From a virus, in IMG/VR virus record IMGVR_UViG_3300045988_004668: DNA of 42,282 bases; one strand, given 5' to 3'. Positions 1 to 6,139 of this stretch are shown piece by piece; the first letter of the stretch is position 1, and each line of letters starts with the position of its first letter. The position numbers and the translations under genes were made by a program. The notes beneath the pieces are model-generated. The model did not search any database, was not told the origin of the DNA, and was given only the letters and a program-made list of their open reading frames with translations.

Positions 1-119
1 GCGGCGCCCTCCCGCAGGGTCTTGCTGCAATATCGAGTGCACGCCCCGTCACGATGCCATGATACTGGAAAAGTCGCGTCACGAAGTGTCAACTTTTTCG
101 GCACCTTGCACAAAAAAGC
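1..119. repeat. Terminal direct repeat, copy A (identical to 42164..42282)
   Basis: Read base by base: gcggcgccctcccgcagggtc...gcaccttgcacaaaaaagc occurs at both ends of the window. Confidence 0.95.
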
Positions 120-143
120 AGGGCTGCACGCCTGCAGTCCCGC
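112..143 (-). terminator. Intrinsic terminator downstream of the 159..431 regulator gene
   Basis: Hairpin gcagggctgca-cgcc-tgcagtcccgc (118..143; 9 Watson-Crick pairs, one G-U, one mismatch). On the minus strand it is followed by TTTTTT (117..112). Confidence 0.6.
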
Positions 144-158
144 TTTTCGTTGCCCAAA

Positions 159-431
159 TTATAGCTTTTTGGGGAAATCCTCGTAGTACCTTCGCACCAT
201 CCGGTGCAGCGTGGACTTGCTCAGGCAGTGCTTCATGCACACCGCCGTCGCCGTCGCGTCTGTTGTCACGAACTCAAACAGCGCCTGGTAGCTCTCCCCG
301 CCATGTTCCAGGCACAGGTTGAGGATGACCCGCTGGTCTTCTTCCGGCAGGTCTTTGTAAAGGCGTGAGGTGAAATAGATATACCCCTGCCGGTTGTAGT
401 CTACCTTCACGCCAGATTTGAAACGGAACAT
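159..431 (-). CDS. Small HTH protein, sigma-70 region-4-like C-terminus; candidate late-gene activator
   Basis: 90-aa ORF with ATG at 431. The C-terminal TAVCMKHCLSKSTLHRMVRRYYEDF looks like a helix-turn-helix. It lies directly upstream of terS across the circle junction, where Firmicute phages carry RinA/ArpU-type activators. Confidence 0.55.
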   Translation of the reverse strand: MFRFKSGVKVDYNRQGYIYFTSRLYKDLPEEDQRVILNLCLEHGGESYQALFEFVTTDATATAVCMKHCLSKSTLHRMVRRYYEDFPKKL

Positions 432-466
432 TCCCTCACGCCCTTTCTCTTACGCCGTCGTCTGTC

Positions 467-676
467 TCATGCGCCTGCGAAGCTCTCGCGGATGACGCCG
501 CCGCGCACCCGGAAGCTGACGACGTGGTATCTCCTCAGTGGGTGGATGTACGTCACCGTCCCCGTGAACGGCTTGCGCTCCTTCTTCGGCTGCTTTCTGT
601 CTTTTGCTTGGACGATCTCCGTCTCCCCGAATGTCTCCGGGATTCTCTGTACGATGTCTCCGATCTTCATGTTCAT
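467..676 (-). CDS. Hypothetical protein (69 aa)
   Basis: Its ATG at 676 overlaps the upstream stop as ATGA (translational coupling). Same strand and packing as its neighbours. Confidence 0.6.
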   Translation of the reverse strand: MNMKIGDIVQRIPETFGETEIVQAKDRKQPKKERKPFTGTVTYIHPLRRYHVVSFRVRGGVIRESFAGA

Positions 677-1098
677 ATCTCCTTGATCTCGATTCCGTGT
701 CTGTCCTGCATCATCTTCCGCTTGATGATATACTTCTGTGTCCGCGTCGCCCGGCTCTTCACGTCCTCGACGATCTTCTCCCAGCCGGTCTGCGTCTTCC
801 GCTCATAGCAGAAGTCCGCGCAGTACCGGATGGCGCGGATGCGTCTTCCGTCCGGCGTGGTGTATGCTTCCTGCAGCGTGAAGTCCTGCTGCAGCCGCAG
901 CTCGCGGATGAGTCCTGCCTGCAGCATGGCTTGCAGTTCCCGAAACCTTCCGGCCTCCTTCTTGCTGTCAAAGCGGATGCCCTCTGCCATCTCCGGCTCG
1001 TTCCGGTACTTCCTGGCCTTCTGTATCTGCGCTGTTTTGAGCTGAGCGAGTGCCTGCTGCTGCGCACGCAGCGGCAGGTCTTCCAGCCGTATGCCTAT
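673..1098 (-). CDS. DUF1064-family protein (start uncertain)
   Basis: KYRNEPEMAEGIRFDSKKEAGRFRELQ...IRYCADFCYE...VEDVKS matches the DUF1064 pattern (KYxN..GIxFDSKxE, aDFxY, EDVKG). A GGAGGTG lies at 1111..1105 but no canonical start follows at normal spacing. The first ATG (990) would cut off the conserved KYxN segment. The long N-terminal extension in the ORF track (to 1425) overlaps the Rep gene and is not credible. Confidence 0.6.
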   Translation of the reverse strand: MGIRLEDLPLRAQQQALAQLKTAQIQKARKYRNEPEMAEGIRFDSKKEAGRFRELQAMLQAGLIRELRLQQDFTLQEAYTTPDGRRIRAIRYCADFCYERKTQTGWEKIVEDVKSRATRTQKYIIKRKMMQDRHGIEIKEI

Positions 1099-1850
1099 CG
1101 TCCCCACCTCCGTCTCATCTCGAAGTGAATATAAACGCCCTTGTTGACGGCGTTGCGGACATAGCTGATGGATGTCAACTGGTATTCCGGATACCGCTGC
1201 TCCAGCTGCACCCATGCGTTCTTTTCCTCGATGGCGTCTACCAGGCTTCCCACCTCGTCCATCGTGATCTTCCCGTCGTACTGGGCAGGCTCCGGCTGCA
1301 CCAGGTTCCGGCTCTGGTTCCAGTGGCGGAAGAACAGTTTGTCCTTCGCGATATAGTGCGCAAGGCCCGTTACGCCATCCGGCCCGAACTGCAGACGGAT
1401 GCTGTTTGCATAGCCGCGTCCCCACAGCTTCTCGATCTCATCGCGGTCGAGTCCGCCGCTGATGATGAGATGGTGGTGGATGCGGTTTGTCTTCTTTCCG
1501 TATTCCGTGCAGCTGATATACTTGAACTCCTTGCCGATCTTGGTGTACCGCCGCTTCAGACGGCGGATGTAATTCTGCAGATCGCGCTGAGCACCTTTTT
1601 TTGTCTCTGGCTCTTCTCCCGGCCGGTAGGTGAGATGCAGAGCGATGTCGTCTTCCGTGAAATTCGTATGTACCAGGCGCGTGAGTCTCTTCTCCGCGTT
1701 CTTCTGGTTAAGTCTTCTCTGAATCTCGCTCGTCGGCTTGCAGCGGCTACGTCTGCGGCCTGGCTTCTGAAACACCGGATATATGTCCGCGTCCATGTAA
1801 TTGCCGCAGACATATACGCTTTCGCGGATGAAGGTGCGCCCCTGATACAT
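1095..1850 (-). CDS. HUH-superfamily rolling-circle replication initiator (Rep)
   Basis: Three RCR motifs occur in canonical order: IALHLTY (motif I), RIHHHLIISGG (HUH), GLAHYIAKDK (YxxK). ATG at 1850 is preceded by GAAGGAGGG with a 9-nt spacer. Confidence 0.75.
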   Translation of the reverse strand: MYQGRTFIRESVYVCGNYMDADIYPVFQKPGRRRSRCKPTSEIQRRLNQKNAEKRLTRLVHTNFTEDDIALHLTYRPGEEPETKKGAQRDLQNYIRRLKRRYTKIGKEFKYISCTEYGKKTNRIHHHLIISGGLDRDEIEKLWGRGYANSIRLQFGPDGVTGLAHYIAKDKLFFRHWNQSRNLVQPEPAQYDGKITMDEVGSLVDAIEEKNAWVQLEQRYPEYQLTSISYVRNAVNKGVYIHFEMRRRWGR

Positions 1851-1907
1851 GGCCCTGTGCCCTCCTTCGGAGAATGGTTGCTAAGTTAAGATTGCTTACA
1901 AGCCTTA

Positions 1908-1927
1908 ATTCGCGCGTACGCGCGAAT
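1908..1927. repeat. Perfect 20-bp palindrome ATTCGCGCGTACGCGCGAAT, followed by an AT-rich run
   Basis: The string is its own reverse complement. Positions were checked against the frame of ORF 1886..2305. Confidence 0.9.
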
Positions 1928-1984
1928 ATATAATGTATATGGCCAGCCTGCCATCGTCAGTGCCGGGAGGCTGTCCCCGGCAGA

Positions 1985-2004
1985 CAGGGCGCAGCTGCGC
2001 CCTG
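1985..2004. repeat. Perfect 20-bp palindrome CAGGGCGCAGCTGCGCCCTG
   Basis: The string is its own reverse complement. It lies 58 bp from the first palindrome inside a 414-bp gap with no convincing gene. Confidence 0.9.
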
Positions 2005-2264
2005 TTTCGGCTAATGTTCTTTCTGAATGAAGTATCCTCGGCACCAGGCTGGCGGCCTTCCGTCTGCGCAGCCGTCCATTCCCGTCGGAAATAACTGGGT
2101 AATTCTTCCATAGCAGGTGCTTGGCTGCAGCATCCGGATTCCGTCCGGCCTCGGAGGCGTCTGCTCCGCCGCGCCTGCGCGGTACCCGCAGCGAAGCGCC
2201 GTCATGCCGCCCGGCTGCTCTTCGCGGAAGGCCCGTGCGCAGCTGCTGCATCCCTGCTTTCTCG

Positions 2265-2438
2265 TCACGCTGGCCCCAGCTTTTCTGTCTCGCATGCTCT
2301 GGCAATGAGCGTCCATCGCTGCTTCCATGTCATAGCCGCCGCAATGATGGCCCGCAGCCGGTCGACGCCCTCTACCTCGACCGTTCCATACGCCTTGTGC
2401 GTCACGCGCCAGCGAAAGTTCTGCGTCTGTTTCTGCAT
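2265..2438 (-). CDS. Hypothetical small protein (57 aa)
   Basis: Internal ATG (MQKQTQNFRW...) is preceded by AAAGGAG. The upstream part of track ORF 2265..2606 is just the VR2 region read out of frame. Confidence 0.45.
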   Translation of the reverse strand: MQKQTQNFRWRVTHKAYGTVEVEGVDRLRAIIAAAMTWKQRWTLIARACETEKLGPA

Positions 2439-2458
2439 CGTGCGCTCCTTTCTGCGCC

Positions 2459-2486
2459 GATCTGCACGCGCACAGGCGTGCAGATC
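2459..2486 (-). promoter_or_regulatory. Hairpin 16 nt downstream of the VR2-target stop codon (candidate DGR target-recognition hairpin)
   Basis: Coding strand GATCTGCACGC-CTGTGC-GCGTGCAGATC: perfect 11-bp stem, 6-nt loop, no U-tract after it. The apex GCGCACAGGC (plus strand) is identical to the apex of the hairpin after VR1. Confidence 0.6.
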
Positions 2487-2502
2487 ATAGGTAGATTCCG
2501 GA

Positions 2503-3177
2503 TTAAAGGCAGAAGCCGAAGGCCACGCCATAGGCATAGCTGGCGGAGTTAATGCCCGCGCTGCCGTCGCTGTAGACCAGGCAGAAACCCGCGGAGTTGC
2601 TGGCATACGGAGAGCGGAGCCAGTACCACCATGTTCCTCTTCCCGGAACTTCCTTCACGCGGCTGCGTTCCGAGTCAAGCAGTTCAAACTGTTCGTCTCC
2701 CAGATCGCCGGGCGCCCACTCAGCCGCCGCCTTTGCGCCGAACATTTCCGTAAACGACGGCAGCCACAGCTTGTCCTGCGTCTGCACTTCTTCGCCGTTG
2801 ATCTTCTGCCGGATGGTGCGCGGCACGATCATCGCCTGCAGCTCTTTCGGCAGTCGAGGCAATACATCTTCGTTCAGCCACTTGCGCATCGCGCTGTCCT
2901 TCCAGCCGCCTTTGTTCGTCGCGTGGTCGTTCATTGCGTGCATCTTCTCCATGCAGTCCTTCAGTACAACCATCACGCGGCCTTCCTTCGTGACGTGCAC
3001 CACCTGCGCCGTCAGCTGCTCAAACACATCATTCTCATTGTCTGCGTCCGCCTCAAGGCAGATCGGGAACTCGCTGCCGACCTCCAGCATGATTTCCGCC
3101 AGGTTCATCTGCTCCTGCACGGTCTTCAGCTGCGCCCAGTCCGTCGTGATCGTCGTTCTTTTTGTGATGTCAAACAT
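2503..3177 (-). CDS. Stand-alone DGR target protein 2 (DUF6273-like / C-type-lectin-fold-type variable C-terminus)
   Basis: 224 aa, with AGGAGG upstream of the ATG at 3177. NKGGWKDSAMRKWLN...DKLWLPSFTEMFG...WWYWLRSPYASNSAGFCLVYSDGSAGINSASYAYGVAFGFCL parallels the C-terminal domain of the 30922..32583 protein. The last 34 codons are VR2. Confidence 0.85.
   Translation of the reverse strand: MFDITKRTTITTDWAQLKTVQEQMNLAEIMLEVGSEFPICLEADADNENDVFEQLTAQVVHVTKEGRVMVVLKDCMEKMHAMNDHATNKGGWKDSAMRKWLNEDVLPRLPKELQAMIVPRTIRQKINGEEVQTQDKLWLPSFTEMFGAKAAAEWAPGDLGDEQFELLDSERSRVKEVPGRGTWWYWLRSPYASNSAGFCLVYSDGSAGINSASYAYGVAFGFCL
2509..2610 (-). repeat. DGR variable repeat 2 (VR2), remote from the cassette
   Basis: Aligns without gaps to TR 30200..30301. 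There are 15 mismatches, all where TR has T on the plus strand (A on the coding strand). The first non-A mismatch is at 2611, after which homology decays. Confidence 0.88.
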
Positions 3178-3201
3178 ATCTTTTCCTCCTGAATCTGTCC
3201 G

Positions 3202-3537
3202 TCAGCCCATCATCTCTGCCAAATCGAGCAGCAGTCCTATGGTCTCGTCGTACTTTGCTTCCAGCCGCAGGGCGCAGTTCTCCATGCTCTCGTCTCCGAA
3301 CGGGCAGGCGAAGTGTCTGGCCTCGTCGCAGACCTGCCGCCCACATTCGTTCGCCAGTTCTACGATCTCCCTGGCCCCCTTCAGACGTGTGCGCAGCTTC
3401 TGAAACTGTTCGATCTTTGCCGGGCTTAGAACCTGATGCTCATACAGCCCCAGCTGCTGCACGAGGTCTTCTTTCTTCTCCGCGCTCCAGTACCCGCTCT
3501 TGATGCCGCTGCAGCGCTCTGCCGTCATAGCCTTCAT
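3202..3537 (-). CDS. Hypothetical protein (111 aa)
   Basis: ATG (MKAMTAERC...) lies just after the upstream stop with GGGAG upstream. The longer track ORF (to 3735) overlaps the preceding gene. Confidence 0.55.
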   Translation of the reverse strand: MKAMTAERCSGIKSGYWSAEKKEDLVQQLGLYEHQVLSPAKIEQFQKLRTRLKGAREIVELANECGRQVCDEARHFACPFGDESMENCALRLEAKYDETIGLLLDLAEMMG

Positions 3538-3541
3538 GCCG

Positions 3542-4246
3542 TCACTCCCACGCTGCGTCTGCCTTCTGCGGCACAACCTGCTTGTGGTGCGCCCCGCATT
3601 TTTCGCAGTAGTAATACCGCGTGCTGCCGTCTGTCCGCTCCAGAACCCATGCGTGATTGCACCGGCTCCGGTCCGGAACCTTCGGCAGCCGCTGCTCCAA
3701 ACGTTCCAGTTTCCGCCTGCGCCACTCGTCCACATCGTCCCGGCAGTCGTGCAGCAGCATCATCTGCTCCAGCATGATCTGCACGTCCGCAATCTCTTCG
3801 GCGATGGCGTCTGCGTTGTCCTCTCCGCGCACGCTTTTGCAAAGCTCCTTCTGCAGCTCAGAAAGTTCCTCTGCCGCCACGACGCTCTGCATCTCCGCGC
3901 CCCAGGCTCGCAGTGCCCTGCTGCAAAGCGTGCGCATCTCATCCAGCGTTTCGTCGTCCAGGCCCGGTGCCGTGCCTTTGCGGTTCGCCTTGTTGAAAAC
4001 GTCCCACTGCAGCCGGTATCCTTCCAACTCCCAGAGCTTGTTTGCGATATGCTCCAGGCAGATGCGCTCACCCATACGCTTGTCGTAGTTTGCCGGGTCA
4101 ACGCACGCGCTGTCGGCCGTCAGAACGAACCCGTTCTTCAGCTTCGCCGTTACCACCGTGCATTTCCCGAACAGCGTCAGTGTCCGGATGTCCGCTTCGC
4201 CGAGAAGCGCGTCAATTCTCTCCTTGGTAATCTTAATGTCGCTCAT
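3542..4246 (-). CDS. Fusion protein: N4 Gp49/Sf6 gp66-family domain + MazG-like NTP pyrophosphohydrolase domain + C-terminal Cys/His cluster
   Basis: KITKERIDALL...VVTAKLKNGFVLTADSACVDPANYDKRMGERICLEHIANKLWELEGY is the Gp49/gp66 signature. AAEELSELQKEL...AIAEEIADVQIMLEQM is MazG-like. The tail has CNH...CEKCGAHH. ATG at 4246 follows AGGAGGG. Confidence 0.8.
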   Translation of the reverse strand: MSDIKITKERIDALLGEADIRTLTLFGKCTVVTAKLKNGFVLTADSACVDPANYDKRMGERICLEHIANKLWELEGYRLQWDVFNKANRKGTAPGLDDETLDEMRTLCSRALRAWGAEMQSVVAAEELSELQKELCKSVRGEDNADAIAEEIADVQIMLEQMMLLHDCRDDVDEWRRRKLERLEQRLPKVPDRSRCNHAWVLERTDGSTRYYYCEKCGAHHKQVVPQKADAAWE

Positions 4247-4260
4247 AGCGTATCCCTCCT

Positions 4261-4569
4261 TCACATTCCCGGTGTCTCAATGATGCGGACGCCGTATTCC
4301 TCTGCGCAGGTGTGCTCGATCTTGCAGCCGCGTGCGCCTTCCCAGCCCGCTGCAAAATATGCAATATCCGCTGTTGCAAGCAGCTTCAGGCTTTCGCCCA
4401 GGAACCAGAGCGGCCGGTTGCACGCCGGGGCGTTTTCAAAGTAGCTGTCGATGATCTCGACTTCGTCCCCGATGGCCTCTTTCGCCTGGCAGATCGCGAC
4501 CTTCCGCTCCGCAAGGATTTCCTCCTTGCTCTTGCCCTGCATGGGCTGCGATATGAATAGCTTCTTCAT
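4261..4569 (-). CDS. DUF4406 / nucleoside 2-deoxyribosyltransferase-like protein
   Basis: MKKLFISQPMQGKSKEE...LLATADIAYFAAGWEGARGCKIEHTCAEEYGVRIIE fits the DUF4406 pattern (N-terminal Rossmann start, GWExSxGxxxE). ATG at 4569 follows AGGAGG with an 8-nt spacer. Confidence 0.65.
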   Translation of the reverse strand: MKKLFISQPMQGKSKEEILAERKVAICQAKEAIGDEVEIIDSYFENAPACNRPLWFLGESLKLLATADIAYFAAGWEGARGCKIEHTCAEEYGVRIIETPGM

Positions 4570-4675
4570 TCGTGTATCCTCCTTGTCTTCAAATTCTTTT
4601 AGGTGCTCGCGCAGTTCCGCGCACACCCACGCTGCCTGTCTGTTGTGATCCTCATACGTTCCCTCCTTCTTGTAA

Positions 4676-5809
4676 TTATTCCGCCGCTTTGGCGGCTAGG
4701 TATCTGATCGCGTCGTCCATCGTGATTTGTTCTGCTGCATTTATCAGGGCCACTTCCGGGTCTCGCCACTCGACGCCGATATAATCCAGCACGCGACCCC
4801 AGCCGTACCAGTTCCCGCGATCGTCCTGCATGACATGGTTCATCCACATTTCCCATTCTTTCGGGTTCCGCTCCCAGAGCCGGTCGAACCGATGCGGACG
4901 TTTCTCCATGTGTATGCCAAAGCCGCACATACTGCACCCAGTTCTCTGCGCTTTCGTTGTCCGCAGCGTTCCGTCTGCGTCTCGCGCGATCTCGCCGTAA
5001 ATTTCCGGAACCGGCACCTGCAAATCTAACGCGAGCTGCAGCAGGTCTTGTCTTGAAAAAATTGCGAATGGGCAGCTGCGCTTTGTACCTGCTGATATGT
5101 AGTTGCACCCGTGCATCATCAAAGCCTTCTGTCTGCGCCCACCTTCAGACGCCATCAGCCCCATGTATGGAAAGCACCCAGTTTCCTTTGCATAGTCATT
5201 GCACGGCTTTTCCTTCAGGTAGTAGCAGCATTTATCCGACACAAGGAAGTCCGGCGTCATGTAGTTGACGTCCTCGCGCTCGTTTTCGTATCCGCCGAAC
5301 AGCTCCAGCCACTTCTGCGCCAGCTTCATTCGTGTCCCCGTCCGGTATCCACCATAGGCCCCAGTTTCTCCAGTGATGATTGCATGACGAACCGTCGCGT
5401 TTTTCTCGCTCGGATTCTGAAGCAGCGAGATTTTCCCAGCGACCTCTTTTGAGATGACCGGCCATCCATATTCCCGCAGCACTTCGACCTTGCTCTTTAG
5501 CGGCTTCAGCGGCTGCACGCCAAGCTGTTTATGCACCCTCTGGATGGACTTGTCCTCCAGCGATGAGACAGAAACCGCAGGCACATCAATTCCGATGCTG
5601 CGCAGGAATAAAAGCAGCGTGATGGAGTCCAGGCCGCCGACTGCGACATAGCAGTTCCCTGCGACATCGGGGTGGTTGTAGAACTCCCACGCACGGATTC
5701 TCGCGTATTTCATCTTGAAGGCATAATCCATCTGCTGCTTTACGCGGAAATCAGCGATCTTGCGGTCTGTGTCCATCCGCGCGTTTCGCTCCAGCACATT
5801 CTCTTTCAC
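4676..5809 (-). CDS. PAPS-reductase-family (ATP-pyrophosphatase-like) protein with DUF3440-like Cys-containing C-terminal region
   Basis: YVAVGGLDSITLLLFL (PP-loop-like), CCYYLKEKP and TGCSMCGFGIH are typical of the phage/IbrA-type PAPS reductase family. A GTG at 5809 overlaps the upstream stop (GTGA) and follows GAAGGAG. An alternative ATG lies at 5776. Confidence 0.8.
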   Translation of the reverse strand: MKENVLERNARMDTDRKIADFRVKQQMDYAFKMKYARIRAWEFYNHPDVAGNCYVAVGGLDSITLLLFLRSIGIDVPAVSVSSLEDKSIQRVHKQLGVQPLKPLKSKVEVLREYGWPVISKEVAGKISLLQNPSEKNATVRHAIITGETGAYGGYRTGTRMKLAQKWLELFGGYENEREDVNYMTPDFLVSDKCCYYLKEKPCNDYAKETGCFPYMGLMASEGGRRQKALMMHGCNYISAGTKRSCPFAIFSRQDLLQLALDLQVPVPEIYGEIARDADGTLRTTKAQRTGCSMCGFGIHMEKRPHRFDRLWERNPKEWEMWMNHVMQDDRGNWYGWGRVLDYIGVEWRDPEVALINAAEQITMDDAIRYLAAKAAE

Positions 5810-5967
5810 GTCCGCACAACTCCTTCCGCCGCGTCCTTCTCTCGTTTTTCTCTGCACCACTCTGCGATCTCCGGGCAGTTGAACCTGCCCACGCAGACCT
5901 CTTCGTCGCACATCGGGCAGCACACCCATGGCGCCTCCCGCATATACGGGTCAACCTTCTGCTCCAT
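5806..5967 (-). CDS. Small Cys-rich protein (53 aa), possible zinc-binding partner of the PAPS-reductase-like gene
   Basis: MEQKVDPYMREAPWVCCPMCDEEVCVGRFNCPEIAEWC. The ATG is preceded by GGGAGAG, and the stop is coupled to the next gene start. Confidence 0.45.
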   Translation of the reverse strand: MEQKVDPYMREAPWVCCPMCDEEVCVGRFNCPEIAEWCREKREKDAAEGVVRT

Positions 5968-6127
5968 GATCTTCTCTCCCTTCCACGCGGTACAGCCTGC
6001 CGCTTCGCAGCGCATACAGCCCGCCGACCGTCAGCTCCATCGGCCACGGTATGATCTCCGCTCGCTTCGACTCCCACGCAATCTCGCCGCTGTTTCCGAT
6101 CTGCACGCGGCGCACCCGATACATCAT
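5951..6127 (-). CDS. Hypothetical small protein (58 aa), absent from the supplied ORF track
   Basis: Read by hand: GGGAGGAAAGACC-ATGATGTATCGGGTGCGCCGC... (MMYRVRRVQIGNSGEIAWESKRAEIIPWPMELTVGG...). It fills the otherwise empty 6016..6139 gap and has a strong RBS directly after the upstream stop. Confidence 0.4.
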   Translation of the reverse strand: MMYRVRRVQIGNSGEIAWESKRAEIIPWPMELTVGGLYALRSGRLYRVEGREDHGAEG

Positions 6128-6139
6128 GGTCTTTCCTCC

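Noticed and set aside
1886-2328. ORFs of 68-139 aa in three minus-strand frames across the 1851..2264 gap.
   Set aside because: None has a convincing RBS and all are extremely Arg/Gly/Pro-rich. They run through the perfect palindromes. I treat the gap as non-coding, but a small real gene cannot be fully excluded.
2265-2606. Track ORFs 2265..2606 and 30726..31025 share an N-terminus (MPATPRxSAWS...AWPSASAFNPES), which could look like a duplicated gene.
   Set aside because: The shared part is simply VR2 and VR1 read in the wrong frame. The similarity reflects the DGR repeats, not a protein family. Only the 3' part of the first ORF (2265..2438) has its own RBS.
4599-4655. An 18-codon mini-ORF (MRITTDRQRGCARNCAST) with a strong AAGGAGGG RBS between the PAPS-reductase-like and DUF4406-like genes.
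   Set aside because: It is too short to support from sequence alone. It may be a leader peptide or a chance ATG after an RBS-like string, so it is not reported as a gene.
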